DNA of 64,000 bases from the NCBI GenBank assembly GCA_903928915.1, contig CAIYSL010000018.1, forward strand, positions 90,075 to 154,074. The letters are read 5' to 3'. Under the pieces are notes generated by a model that made no database searches, was not told the DNA's origin, and saw only the letters and a program-made list of their open reading frames with translations. The stretch is from an uncultured Syntrophobacterales bacterium (GTDB lineage: Bacteria > Desulfobacterota > Syntrophia > Syntrophales > UBA5619). Below, one piece after another: positions 36,413 through 45,327 of this stretch. Numbering within the stretch: the first letter of the stretch is position 1; every line of letters starts with the position of its first letter. Both the position numbers and the translations under genes were made by a program.

Positions 36413-37258
36413 ATGAAAAAGGGAATGATCATCTTGGTGGCGATTGCTGTATTCGCGGCCTGCGCCACCGCGCAGACAAAACAGGAGGGAGGCATGAAGT
36501 TGACCGAAAAGGAAAAAGCAGTCGCATTGATAACGAGCCTCGAAACAGGCGATCCAGGGCCGGTCCAGTACATCGATCCCAATCGATACATCCAGCACAA
36601 CCTTATGGCAGCCGACGGGCTGGAGGGTTTTGCCGAACTGATGAAGCAGGTGCCGAAGGGAAGCGTCAAGGCCAAGGTCATGCGGGCCTTCCAGGATGGC
36701 GCGTATGTATTCCTGCATACCCAGTATGATTTTTTCGGCCCGAAAATCGGGTTCGACATCTTCCGGTTTGAAAACGGCCTGATCGTGGAGCACTGGGACA
36801 ACCTCCAGCCCCTGGCTCGGGAAACCGCTTCGGGCCGGAGCCAGTTCGACGGTCCGACCCGGGCCGTGGATTTGGAGAAGACCGAGGCCAACAAGCTCCT
36901 GGTGAAGGGGTTCGTTGCCGACGTCCTGCAGGGCGGGGCTCCCGGACGGATCACGGAATATATCGCCCCGGACCACTACCTACAGCACAATCCTGCCGTG
37001 GGGGACGGATTGGCGGCCCTGGGCAAGGCTCTTGAGGATATGGCCAGACAAGGTGTACCTATGACTTACAGGAGGAACCACATGATCCTGGGCGAAGGTG
37101 ATTTTGTGCTGACAGTTTCCGAAGGCCAGTTCCTGGGGAGACCCGCCTGCTTTTACGATCTGTTCCGGGTTGAAAATGGAAGGATCGTAGAACATTGGGA
37201 CACGATAGAAGAAATACCGCCGAGGAAGGACTGGAAGAACGGTAACGGCAAATTTTGA
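36413..37258 (+). CDS. Secreted tandem SnoaL-like / NTF2-fold protein
   Basis: Signal peptide MKKGMIILVAIAVFAACATA. Two internal repeats: YIDPNRYIQHN...DIFRFENGLIVEHWDNLQ and YIAPDHYLQHN...DLFRVENGRIVEHWDTIE. Confidence 0.7.
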   Translation: MKKGMIILVAIAVFAACATAQTKQEGGMKLTEKEKAVALITSLETGDPGPVQYIDPNRYIQHNLMAADGLEGFAELMKQVPKGSVKAKVMRAFQDGAYVFLHTQYDFFGPKIGFDIFRFENGLIVEHWDNLQPLARETASGRSQFDGPTRAVDLEKTEANKLLVKGFVADVLQGGAPGRITEYIAPDHYLQHNPAVGDGLAALGKALEDMARQGVPMTYRRNHMILGEGDFVLTVSEGQFLGRPACFYDLFRVENGRIVEHWDTIEEIPPRKDWKNGNGKF

Positions 37259-37295
37259 CATTCAGATCCCTCTGAAACCGGGTGATACGAAGATG

Positions 37296-37326
37296 AACGC
37301 CATGCCTGGATAGGGGCATGGCGTTT
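37296..37326 (+). terminator. Rho-independent terminator candidate after the SnoaL-like gene
   Basis: aacgccatgcc / ggcatggcgtt 11-bp stem, 8-nt loop, then T-containing tail ttcgtcgtt. Confidence 0.5.
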
Positions 37327-37443
37327 CGTCGTTCCTGGCTCACGAGCCCGAGAACAGACGACTAGGCCACCCGCCCCAAAATGCTTCCCATTTTCTATTG
37401 ACAAATCAAATAACCATCTCATTAACCGAAAAACTCCTATTAA

Positions 37444-37617
37444 ACCGGGCGCGACAAGCTCATCAAGAATGACCTGAAGACCCTTGGGGACGATCGTGTC
37501 CTGAATCGTGCCTATGCCATCTTCGGCGGCACGCCGAACGTGGACATTCATGCCGCCAATGGGATGTTGCCCGAGGAGTTGAAAAGGACCCTGCGTGAGA
37601 TGACCGCGGTGACCTAG
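37444..37617 (+). pseudogene. Possible 3' gene remnant (57 codons, no start codon)
   Basis: The open frame begins right after TAA (37441-37443) and reads TGRDKLIKNDLKTLGDDRVLNRAYAIFGGTPNVDIHAANGMLPEELKRTLREMTAVT. It has native-like high GC, unlike the AT-rich spacer before it. No family recognised. Confidence 0.25.
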
Positions 37618-37621
37618 CCGC

Positions 37622-38446
37622 TTAGATCCGCTGGAACCACTCCCGCACCGCCGCGACGAAGGCCGGCTCGACACCGTTGTAGAAGTGATCGCCGCCGTCG
37701 ATCAGGCAGAGCCGGGCGCGCTCCCCGGCCGCCGCGGCCACGGCTTCGGCGGGATAGACCTCCTCCGGCTCCAGGCTTCCGCGGAGCACCAGGATCTCTC
37801 CGGGATAGCGGCGCGCGTTGTCCACGGTCAGCGGAACATTCTCGGCCAGGTCCACCCAGCTGGCGGCGGTGATGGCGTACCACCAGCCGGGAAGCGCGAT
37901 CATCCGGTCGCCCTGGCCCTCCGCCACCAGGCGCCGTGCCCGCGCATCCACCTCGGCGTGCTGCTCTGCCGCCAGCATCCCCCGCTGGGAGCACTGCGGC
38001 AGGTATTCCTTTCCGCCGCTCCCGGCCGAACAGAGGACCAGCCCCGCCACGGAAGCGGGGTGGGAGGCGGCATAGGCGGCCGCGCCGATGCCGCCGAAGC
38101 TGTGGCCCGCCAGGACGATCTTCCGGAAACCGCGTCTCCGTAGCTCCGCCATGGCCCCGGCGATGTCCGACTGGCTGTCGGCGAATGTCTCCCAGGCCCC
38201 GCCGTAGGAGTCCCGGCCGTTGCGAATACCTCCCAGGTCGTGGCCGCGGCGGTTCATGGCCAGGCAGCTCCACCCCAGCGCGACCAGATGGGGCGGCAGG
38301 ATCCGGCAGGGGCCGGTGTAGAAGTTCATCACCTTGCCGTGGACCAGAAGAACCGCGCGCTCTCCCGGGCCGTCCGCGGGGGTGAAGACCAGACCGTCCA
38401 GGTGATATCCGTCGACGGCTGAAAAACTGATCAGTTCGGTCCTCAT
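37622..38446 (-). CDS. Alpha/beta hydrolase
   Basis: Internal ATG 38446. Nucleophile elbow LAGHSFGG. VLLVHGKVMNFY... is typical of the fold. Confidence 0.8.
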   Translation of the reverse strand: MRTELISFSAVDGYHLDGLVFTPADGPGERAVLLVHGKVMNFYTGPCRILPPHLVALGWSCLAMNRRGHDLGGIRNGRDSYGGAWETFADSQSDIAGAMAELRRRGFRKIVLAGHSFGGIGAAAYAASHPASVAGLVLCSAGSGGKEYLPQCSQRGMLAAEQHAEVDARARRLVAEGQGDRMIALPGWWYAITAASWVDLAENVPLTVDNARRYPGEILVLRGSLEPEEVYPAEAVAAAAGERARLCLIDGGDHFYNGVEPAFVAAVREWFQRI

Positions 38447-38594
38447 CGTGTCATTCTCCTTCGCTGTGCCTCTCCCCTGACTGCTAGCGCTCAGCCGGGC
38501 GCGCCGGTGCGCAATTCGTTTTCCCCGGAGCACCGGGCGTTCTGCCCGGCGGCGCCGGCGCGTCGGCAGGGGATCCCTTCCCCCGTTGCCGGCC

Positions 38595-39476
38595 TCACCG
38601 GGTGTCGCCGAGCAGGGCTTCGAGCTCCCGCAGGCGCTCGTCGGTCTGGGTCAGCAGGGCCGGACCTTCCCTGTCCAGGAAATCGTATTTGATCTCCCCC
38701 AGGCGGTTGTACGGGAGGAGGTCGATTGCCGGCCCCCCCAATTCGTTCCGGGCAAAAGCGGCGATGGCGCCGATTGCGGCCGCGTCGTCGTTGAACCCGG
38801 GGATCAGCGGGATGCGCAGGCGCAGCGGCTTGAGCTTTGCGATCCGTTTCGCGTTTGCCAGGATCAGCCGGTTGTCCCGGCCGGTGGCTGCGGCGTGCTT
38901 GGCAGGGTCCAGGTGCTTGATGTCGAGAAGGACGAAGTCCGCCTGTTCCAGTACCCCCCTGAGCCGCGCCCAGGGGGCCGCGCCGCAGGTGTCGAGGGTC
39001 GTGTGCAGCCCCTCCTGCCGGCACCGCCCGAGGAGTTCCCGGCTGAACCGGGGCTGACTCATGGGTTCGCCCCCCGACAGGGTGACGCCGCCCCCCGACC
39101 GGCGGTAGAATTTCACATCCCTGCGCACTTCAGCCAGTACCTCGTCCGCGCTCATCGTCTTGCCGGAGAGGGACCGGGCCTCGTTCGGGCAGACAGGGCA
39201 GCAGCGACCGCAGCCGCGGCAGAGGGTTCGGTCATACGTCGGCTTGCCCTGTACGAGCCGGACGGCCCCGTGCGGGCATGCGGACCGGCAGGCGCCGCAG
39301 AGGGTGCATTTGCGCCGGTCGTAAAGCAGCTCCGCACTCGTTGCCTGCGATTCCGGGTTCTGACACCAGAAGCAGCCAAGCGGGCACCCCTTCAGGAAGA
39401 CGGTCGTCCGGATCCCCGGACCGTCGTGGAGGGAGCAGCGCTGGATGTTGAAGACCACACCGCGTATGGGGTTCAT
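38595..39476 (-). CDS. Glycyl-radical enzyme activating enzyme (radical SAM, two auxiliary 4Fe-4S motifs)
   Basis: Internal ATG 39476. CPLGCFWC (CxxxCxxC), CTLCGACRSACP and CRGCGRCCPVCP ferredoxin motifs, GGVTLSGGEP SAM motif. The start is 8 nt after the GRE stop. Confidence 0.9.
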   Translation of the reverse strand: MNPIRGVVFNIQRCSLHDGPGIRTTVFLKGCPLGCFWCQNPESQATSAELLYDRRKCTLCGACRSACPHGAVRLVQGKPTYDRTLCRGCGRCCPVCPNEARSLSGKTMSADEVLAEVRRDVKFYRRSGGGVTLSGGEPMSQPRFSRELLGRCRQEGLHTTLDTCGAAPWARLRGVLEQADFVLLDIKHLDPAKHAAATGRDNRLILANAKRIAKLKPLRLRIPLIPGFNDDAAAIGAIAAFARNELGGPAIDLLPYNRLGEIKYDFLDREGPALLTQTDERLRELEALLGDTR

Positions 39477-39484
39477 GGCGACCG

Positions 39485-41878
39485 TCAAGCGGAGGCGAAT
39501 TCCGTGCGCTGGATGATCTCGTCCTGCACGTTGGTGCCCAGTTCGGTGAAGTAGGCGCTGTAGCCCGCCACCCGCACCATCAGGCTCTTGTGCCGCTCGG
39601 GGTGCCGCTGCGCCTCCCGGAGGGTCTTCGCGTCGACCACGTTGAACTGGGCGTGCTTGCCGCCCTCGGCGAAATAGGCCTCGATCAGGGTGTAGATCTT
39701 GGCCAGGTCCTCCTGCGACTTCATGGCCGAGGGGTGGAACTTCATGTTCAAGAGGGTTCCGAACAGCGGGACCTGGTCGATCTTCGCCGCGGAGTTGATC
39801 ACCGCGGTCGGCCCCTTCACGTCCATCCCCTGGCAGGGCGATACGGAACCGTCCGCCAGGGGGTGCCCCGCGAGCCGGCCGCTGGGGAGCGCGCCGGTGC
39901 GCTTGCCCGCTGCGCCGTGCACCGAGATGGAGTACGGGGCGGGCAGCTGCCGGGTGCCGTAGGGGCCTTCGATCGCGGAGACCATGCGCCACCACCAGCC
40001 GTACAGCTCGGCGGCGATCCCGTCGGCGAAATCGTCGTCGTTGCCGTACTTCGGCGCCCTGAGGAGCCTTTTCCGCAGCGCCTCGCGGTTGTCGAAGTTC
40101 ATTGCCAGGGCCTCCAGGAGTTCGCTGCGGCCGACGGCGCCCTCCGCGAAGACGCACCTGCGGACGGCCGCCAGGGAATCGACGGCATCGATCATCCCGA
40201 CGGCGGACTGGATGATGATGTTGTACCGGGCCCCGTCGGCCAGAGCGGTCTTCCCCCTGCGGATGCAGTCGTCGGTGAAGGCGGAAGAGAGCAGGGCCGG
40301 TATCCGCTGCGAGCGGTATACCCGCTGCCTGCCGATCAGCACCCCACCCTCGCGGGAGAAGTGTTCCACCTGGGCCGTGAAGGCCGCCCACAGGTCGTCG
40401 TAGCCCTTCATCCTAGCGAATTCACCGGTCCGCGGCCCGAGCTGCTTTTTCGTCCGCGGATCGAAGCCGTTGTGCAGCGCCAGCTCAAGGCATTTGGCGA
40501 TGCTGATGAACAGAACGTCGAAGGGCGAGGTCCGGCCCGGGACGATGGCGTGAACGCAGCCGCTGATGCAGTGGGTCCTCGCCTCCGCGAGCGGCGCCCC
40601 GGTCGCGAGCAGCCAGGGGATGTCGCTGGCGTCGTTGAAAAAGGCGGGAAACCCGAGCCCCGCCCGGACGAGCTCCAGCCCCCGGAGGGCGAGCTGGCGC
40701 GGCATCCTGTCGTGGCAGCGGATGGAGAGGGTCGGATGGGGCGTCCGCGTCCGCTCGGCCGCCCGCAGGAACAGGTAGGAGAGCTCGTTGGTGGCGTCCC
40801 GGCCGTCCGCGGTCTGACCGCCCAGGGTCACGTTGTGGTACTGGGCCTCGCCGGAGACGATCTCGTTGTACTTGATGCTGCTGAACAGGCGCAGCGTGCT
40901 GAGTTTGACCCGGTAGCACTCCAGCAGTTCCAAGGCCTGCTCCGGGGTGATCTTCCCTTCGCGGAGGTCCTGCGCGTAGCAGGGGTACAGGAACTGGTCC
41001 ATCCTCCCGGGCGACTCCTGGGCGCGCGACTCCAGGTGGATCAGGATATGGAGGAACAGGGATGACTGGATCGCCTCCGGAAAGGTGCGCGCCGGGTGGG
41101 CCGGGACCCGGTCGCAGACCGCGGCGATCCGCTCCAGCTCCTCCCTGCGGCGGCCCGTCGCCTTCTTTGCCAGCGCCCGGGCGAGGTCGGCGTACCGCTC
41201 GGCATAGCGGATCCCGGCCTTCAGGACGATGGCCAGGGCCTGGAGAAAATCGACCTTCCGGAGGGAATCGTCGTCGACGACCGCGGTAGCGGCCAGTTCG
41301 GCCTCCACCTCCGCCAGCACCCCGAGGAACCCCTTCCGCAGGGCCTTCTCGTGGTCCACCGCATGGTAGCCCCGGTCGATGTCGAGCGTCGTCTTGGCGC
41401 GGTACACCCAGGCGCCGTCCTCGCAGGTCTCGGCGATGTGCGCCTTCTGGGCCTCGTCCATGAGGGCGAAGAAACTGCCCTGCAGACAGCCGGCCTGGAA
41501 ATAGTCGATTACCCTGGCCACGTCCTTCTGCGTGTACGGCTCCGCGAGCATCCCATCGAGGTCCTGGGAGAGGATGGCCTGGTCGACTGCGTACTCCGGG
41601 TACCATTCGAAGTACATCGGCCGGCTGGAGAAGGCGCCCACCAGGAGCTCCTCGGGTTCGATGAAGATCGGGATCCCCTCTGCGATCCGCTCCAGAGCCC
41701 TGGCCCGGCGTATCGGCGTGGGCAGCCCCTCGGTCTGCCGGCAGCTTTCCAGAAGCAGCAGGGCGCGCGCCAGGGACAGCTTTGCCCCTTCCCGGTGTTT
41801 CAGCGCCTGTTTCCACAGCCGTTCACCCCGGGACTTCCCGGCGTATTCCGCAAGCGGCGTTACCTTCGGGGCCGCCAT
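39485..41878 (-). CDS. Glycyl-radical enzyme, PFL2/dehydratase-like architecture, substrate unknown
   Basis: Internal ATG 41878 after GGGGAGG, 797 aa. C-terminal glycyl motif MVRVAGYSAYF (Gly codon 39563-39565). Putative thiyl loop THCISGCVHAIVPG (Cys codon 40556-40558). Confidence 0.9.
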   Translation of the reverse strand: MAAPKVTPLAEYAGKSRGERLWKQALKHREGAKLSLARALLLLESCRQTEGLPTPIRRARALERIAEGIPIFIEPEELLVGAFSSRPMYFEWYPEYAVDQAILSQDLDGMLAEPYTQKDVARVIDYFQAGCLQGSFFALMDEAQKAHIAETCEDGAWVYRAKTTLDIDRGYHAVDHEKALRKGFLGVLAEVEAELAATAVVDDDSLRKVDFLQALAIVLKAGIRYAERYADLARALAKKATGRRREELERIAAVCDRVPAHPARTFPEAIQSSLFLHILIHLESRAQESPGRMDQFLYPCYAQDLREGKITPEQALELLECYRVKLSTLRLFSSIKYNEIVSGEAQYHNVTLGGQTADGRDATNELSYLFLRAAERTRTPHPTLSIRCHDRMPRQLALRGLELVRAGLGFPAFFNDASDIPWLLATGAPLAEARTHCISGCVHAIVPGRTSPFDVLFISIAKCLELALHNGFDPRTKKQLGPRTGEFARMKGYDDLWAAFTAQVEHFSREGGVLIGRQRVYRSQRIPALLSSAFTDDCIRRGKTALADGARYNIIIQSAVGMIDAVDSLAAVRRCVFAEGAVGRSELLEALAMNFDNREALRKRLLRAPKYGNDDDFADGIAAELYGWWWRMVSAIEGPYGTRQLPAPYSISVHGAAGKRTGALPSGRLAGHPLADGSVSPCQGMDVKGPTAVINSAAKIDQVPLFGTLLNMKFHPSAMKSQEDLAKIYTLIEAYFAEGGKHAQFNVVDAKTLREAQRHPERHKSLMVRVAGYSAYFTELGTNVQDEIIQRTEFASA

Positions 41879-41898
41879 CACGTCCTCCCCGGCCCCTG

Positions 41899-42924
41899 TC
41901 AGGGCCGTACGTCGATGACGATTCTGAGTGCGTCGGCCACCTTGTCCGCGAACACCTGGAAGGCCTTCGCCGTCTCCGCCAGCGGAAACCGATGGGTGAT
42001 CATCGGCAGGATCTGGAGCTTTTTCTCCTCCAAGAGGCGGATCGCCTCCGGAAAGGCCCCGGCCGCGCCCTTGGAACCGTAGATGATCGGTTCTTTCAGG
42101 TACAGGAAGGAGGGGTCGAACTCCTGCATCTTTTCGGTGATGATGCTGAACACCACCACCGACCCGTTCGACCTGACCACGTCGAAGGCGCTCTGGAGCC
42201 CACCCGTGGTGCCCGAGGACTCGCAGACCGCGTCGACGCCATGGGGAAACCACCCCCTGATCCTCTTCACCGGGTCCTCCCTGCGGATGTTCACCACCTC
42301 GTCGGCGCCGAACCGCCGGGCCATCTCGAGGCGGAAATCCCGCGTCCCCGCCATCACGACCCGCTCCACGCCCCCCATCTTCAGGAGCTGGAGGATCATC
42401 AGCCCGGCGTTGCCCGGCCCGATGACCGCGGCCGTCTTGATCTTCGCGAGGTCGAGCTTGCGCACGGCCCGGACGGAGCAGCCGATGTTGACGATGTTCT
42501 GGGCCTCGTCCAGCGAAATGGCGGGGGGCAGTTTGCTCACGGACCGGTAGTCCACCTTGATGTACTCGGCCATGCAGCCGTCCACGTTCCGGCCGAGGGA
42601 GCGGCGATTTGTGCAGTAGAGGTCCATGCCCTGGCGGCAGAGTTCGCATTCCCCGCAGCCCCACCCGCCGCTGGAGACGACGGGATCCCCCTCCTTCAGG
42701 TGCGGCGTGAGCCTGGGGCTGCCCAGCTTGGCGACGACCCCCGAATACTCGTGTCCGAGGGTCACGGGGTACGTGGCCGACACATGGCCGCCCACGACGC
42801 CCACGTCGGTTCCGCAGATGCCCACCCGGTGTACGGCGATCAGGACCTCCTTCTCGCCCACCTCCGGGACCGGCACCTCCTCGATCACGATCTTGCCCCG
42901 CTCATGGACCCGTGCTGCCTTCAT
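41899..42924 (-). CDS. Zinc-dependent alcohol dehydrogenase (threonine/sorbitol dehydrogenase-like MDR)
   Basis: Internal ATG 42924 after GGGGAGGG. GICGTD...GHEYSG catalytic-zinc motifs, structural zinc CGECELCRQGMDLYC, NAD motif VIGPGNAG. Confidence 0.85.
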   Translation of the reverse strand: MKAARVHERGKIVIEEVPVPEVGEKEVLIAVHRVGICGTDVGVVGGHVSATYPVTLGHEYSGVVAKLGSPRLTPHLKEGDPVVSSGGWGCGECELCRQGMDLYCTNRRSLGRNVDGCMAEYIKVDYRSVSKLPPAISLDEAQNIVNIGCSVRAVRKLDLAKIKTAAVIGPGNAGLMILQLLKMGGVERVVMAGTRDFRLEMARRFGADEVVNIRREDPVKRIRGWFPHGVDAVCESSGTTGGLQSAFDVVRSNGSVVVFSIITEKMQEFDPSFLYLKEPIIYGSKGAAGAFPEAIRLLEEKKLQILPMITHRFPLAETAKAFQVFADKVADALRIVIDVRP

Positions 42925-43152
42925 CGTAACGACCCTCCCCGAGAAATTGAATAGTTGCAATGCGCTACAATCCTCTAACATACCGGCCGGGGATGTCAAC
43001 AGTTTCGTGCGCATGGTGCGCGGTGCGCCGGCGGATACATAAAAAGATTCAGCTTGCGGGGGAAATGTGCTATTTTTCTCCCATCCGCAGGATCCCCGGC
43101 ACGGGGCTGTTTATCCGTCTTCGAATCTGTTCTGACAGGGAGGTCAAGACCG

Positions 43153-43644
43153 ATGATTCCGCCTATCAAGAAGATTCTGTACACGACCGATCTCAGCAAG
43201 AATTCCGTTTACACCTTCTACCACGCGGTGGATATGGCCGAAAAGTATGACGCCCGGATCGTCATCTTGAACGTCCTGGAACCGATCTCGGCCAAGGCCT
43301 ACGGCAGCGGCAAGGAAAAACTGGAGCTCGAACAGCATAAGGTGTCCCTGGAGGTGATCAAGAACCGGATCCAGGCGTTCTGCAAGAAAGTGGAGCAGCG
43401 CAACGCCACCTGCGCCCTCGTGGTCTCCGAGATCCTCGTGCGGGTGGGCGATCCGGCCGAAGAGATCCTGAAAGCGGCCGAAGAAACGGCGTACGATCTG
43501 ATCGTCCTGGGAACGCATGGCAAGGGGTTCCTCGCCAAGACGCTCCTGGGGAGCGTTTCGCGGGCAGTGATGGACCGGGCCCGGAAGCCCGTCTTTCTCG
43601 TCCCCATCCCTTCGGAAGAGTCGACCGCCTGGGACGAACTGTAA
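43153..43644 (+). CDS. Universal stress protein (UspA family)
   Basis: ATG 43153 after GGGAGG. KKILYTTDLS...LIVLGTHGKGFLAKTLLGSVSRAVMDRARKPVFLV. Confidence 0.85.
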   Translation: MIPPIKKILYTTDLSKNSVYTFYHAVDMAEKYDARIVILNVLEPISAKAYGSGKEKLELEQHKVSLEVIKNRIQAFCKKVEQRNATCALVVSEILVRVGDPAEEILKAAEETAYDLIVLGTHGKGFLAKTLLGSVSRAVMDRARKPVFLVPIPSEESTAWDEL

Positions 43645-43715
43645 CGGGGACCAGGCGCAGCACAGGCTCGCACAGCGCGCAGCCGGGCGTGCGGGGTCGG
43701 CATGCGGGCGGCGTG

Positions 43716-43740
43716 CGGCATCCCCGCGCGGGGATGCCCG
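43716..43740. other. GC-rich stem-loop between convergent genes
   Basis: gcatcccc gcgc ggggatgc (43718-43737), between the USP and MFS gene ends. No U-tract. Confidence 0.3.
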
Positions 43741-43753
43741 GCGCTGCCCCTGC

Positions 43754-45052
43754 CTAGGCCGGACCGTCCGTCCTCTGCCGGCAGTGGGTCTCGGTGGTCA
43801 GGGCGGCCGCGAGAACCGAGAGTGCGGCGAGGACAACGATGAGGGTGAATCCGGTGCGGTAGGCGGCCAGGTCGTAGATCCGGACCCCTCCCGCCAGGCC
43901 GCCCTGCCAGTTGCGGTCGAGCAGCCAGCCGATGGCCGGCTGGAGGATGATCGTCCCGAAGGTCGACCCCATATTGTAGATCCCGCTGGCCGTGCCGGCA
44001 AGCCGCGGCGGGACGGACTCCTTTCCGAAGGCGAACCCCAGGATCACCGAACCGTTCGCGAGACCCGCGACGATCACCAGCAGGATCAAGAGCCAGAGCG
44101 GAATCCCCGGAATAAACAGAATCGGGACCCAGGCGATGGTGGCCACGAGCGCTCCGGCGATGAGGAGGGGTTTGCGCAGCCCCAGCCGGTCGGAGAGCAT
44201 CCCCAGCGCGATGGACCCCAGGGCGTAGCAGATCAGCAGCGTCGAGGTGACGGCCGAGCTCGCCGCGGCCGAGATCCCGTGGTGGGTCGTGAGAAAGGGC
44301 ACCCCCCAGAGACCGGCGAAGGCCAGGACCGGTCCGGTCAGGCCGCAGCCGGCAAGGGCGAGCCACCGGACGTTGCGCTCCCTGAGGACCGTCACCAGGT
44401 CGGCCAGGAGCGTCGCCGGGGAGAGGGCGGTTTCCGGCCGGGAGGGGGCGAAGCTCCGGTACCCTTTCCGGCTGGGGTCGTCGCTCACGATCCGCCAGAT
44501 CGCCGCTCCCAGCAGGACCAGTGCCGCTGCCACGGCGAACATCACCGGCCGCCAGCCGAACCGCTCGACGAGAAACCGGAGCGGGGGGCCGGCGGAGACG
44601 GCGCCGGCGACGCCGCAGAAGAGGGCGACGCCGCTGAGCGTGGCGAAGAATCGGACCGGGAACCAGCGCGTGGCAAGGGTGAGCACCGCCACGTAGCCGA
44701 TCCCCGCCGCCCCGCCGATCAGGAACCGGCCCAGGTTTGCCGGGGCCAGCGACGAGGCCGAGGCGAACAGGACCGTCCCGACGGCGGCGACGAATGCCCC
44801 GGCGGTCAGGAGTTTCCGGGGGCCCCAGTGGTCGGCGAGCAGCCCGGTCGGTATCTGCATCAGGGAGTAGCTGTAGAAGTAGAAGGCGGTGAAATTGCCC
44901 AGCGCCGCCGCCCCGATCCGGAAATCGGCCATCAGCTGGTCGGTCATGACGGCGGGGGCGACCCGGTGGTAGAACCCGCTGAAGTAGAAGGCCGCGCCCA
45001 GACCCCAGACGACCCAGGCGAGCGACGCCGGCGGATGGTGTGTATGCTCCAT
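43754..45052 (-). CDS. MFS transporter
   Basis: 432 aa, 12 TM-like segments. MQIPTGLLADHWGPRKLL is a typical MFS loop 2-3 motif. Confidence 0.85.
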   Translation of the reverse strand: MEHTHHPPASLAWVVWGLGAAFYFSGFYHRVAPAVMTDQLMADFRIGAAALGNFTAFYFYSYSLMQIPTGLLADHWGPRKLLTAGAFVAAVGTVLFASASSLAPANLGRFLIGGAAGIGYVAVLTLATRWFPVRFFATLSGVALFCGVAGAVSAGPPLRFLVERFGWRPVMFAVAAALVLLGAAIWRIVSDDPSRKGYRSFAPSRPETALSPATLLADLVTVLRERNVRWLALAGCGLTGPVLAFAGLWGVPFLTTHHGISAAASSAVTSTLLICYALGSIALGMLSDRLGLRKPLLIAGALVATIAWVPILFIPGIPLWLLILLVIVAGLANGSVILGFAFGKESVPPRLAGTASGIYNMGSTFGTIILQPAIGWLLDRNWQGGLAGGVRIYDLAAYRTGFTLIVVLAALSVLAAALTTETHCRQRTDGPA

Positions 45053-45191
45053 AGAATCAGTTCCTGCCCGCGGACGGCGTTCGGCCCCGGGTTTGCCCGT
45101 CCCGGCTTAGCAAATCGGTGTCCCGAGGGCAAGGGGAATTTGGGGAGTACATAAAAATTGACAAAATTCGGTATCTTAGAGCGCAAATAGC

Positions 45192-45220
45192 TTGACAAAC
45201 GGATCGTTCGCGCATATGGT
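45192..45220 (+). promoter_or_regulatory. Sigma70-type promoter candidate for the DEAD-box helicase gene
   Basis: TTGACA (45192-45197), 17-nt spacer, TATGGT (45215-45220). Implies a leader of about 100 nt. Confidence 0.5.
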
Positions 45221-45327
45221 AGGCACAAACGTACGGGAACCAGTCGCATTCCACCGGCCGGCGTGCACACCCCCGGCCGTTTCGGAGGATCACCCCCTGT
45301 CAACAGAACGGAGCAGAGAGAGAACGT

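Noticed and set aside
35195-37621. Calling the lower-GC cassette a mobile element
   Set aside because: No transposase, integrase, terminal inverted repeats or target-site duplication could be seen. It is reported only as a compositional and remnant observation.
38595-40391. 598-aa version of the activase ORF, and similar N-terminal extensions of track ORFs (18866..20182, 39485..42664, 41899..43014)
   Set aside because: The extensions overlap the upstream gene and are low-complexity. Internal ATGs with Shine-Dalgarno sequences coincide with where family similarity begins.
42947-42971. TTGAAT ... TACAAT as a promoter in the ADH/USP divergent region
   Set aside because: The spacer is only 13 nt (5 nt for the alternative TTGCAA box), outside the 16-18 nt range.
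45158-45186. First TTGACA upstream of the helicase gene
   Set aside because: No acceptable -10 hexamer lies at 16-18 nt (gcgcaa / agcgca). The second TTGACA at 45192 has a proper TATGGT box.
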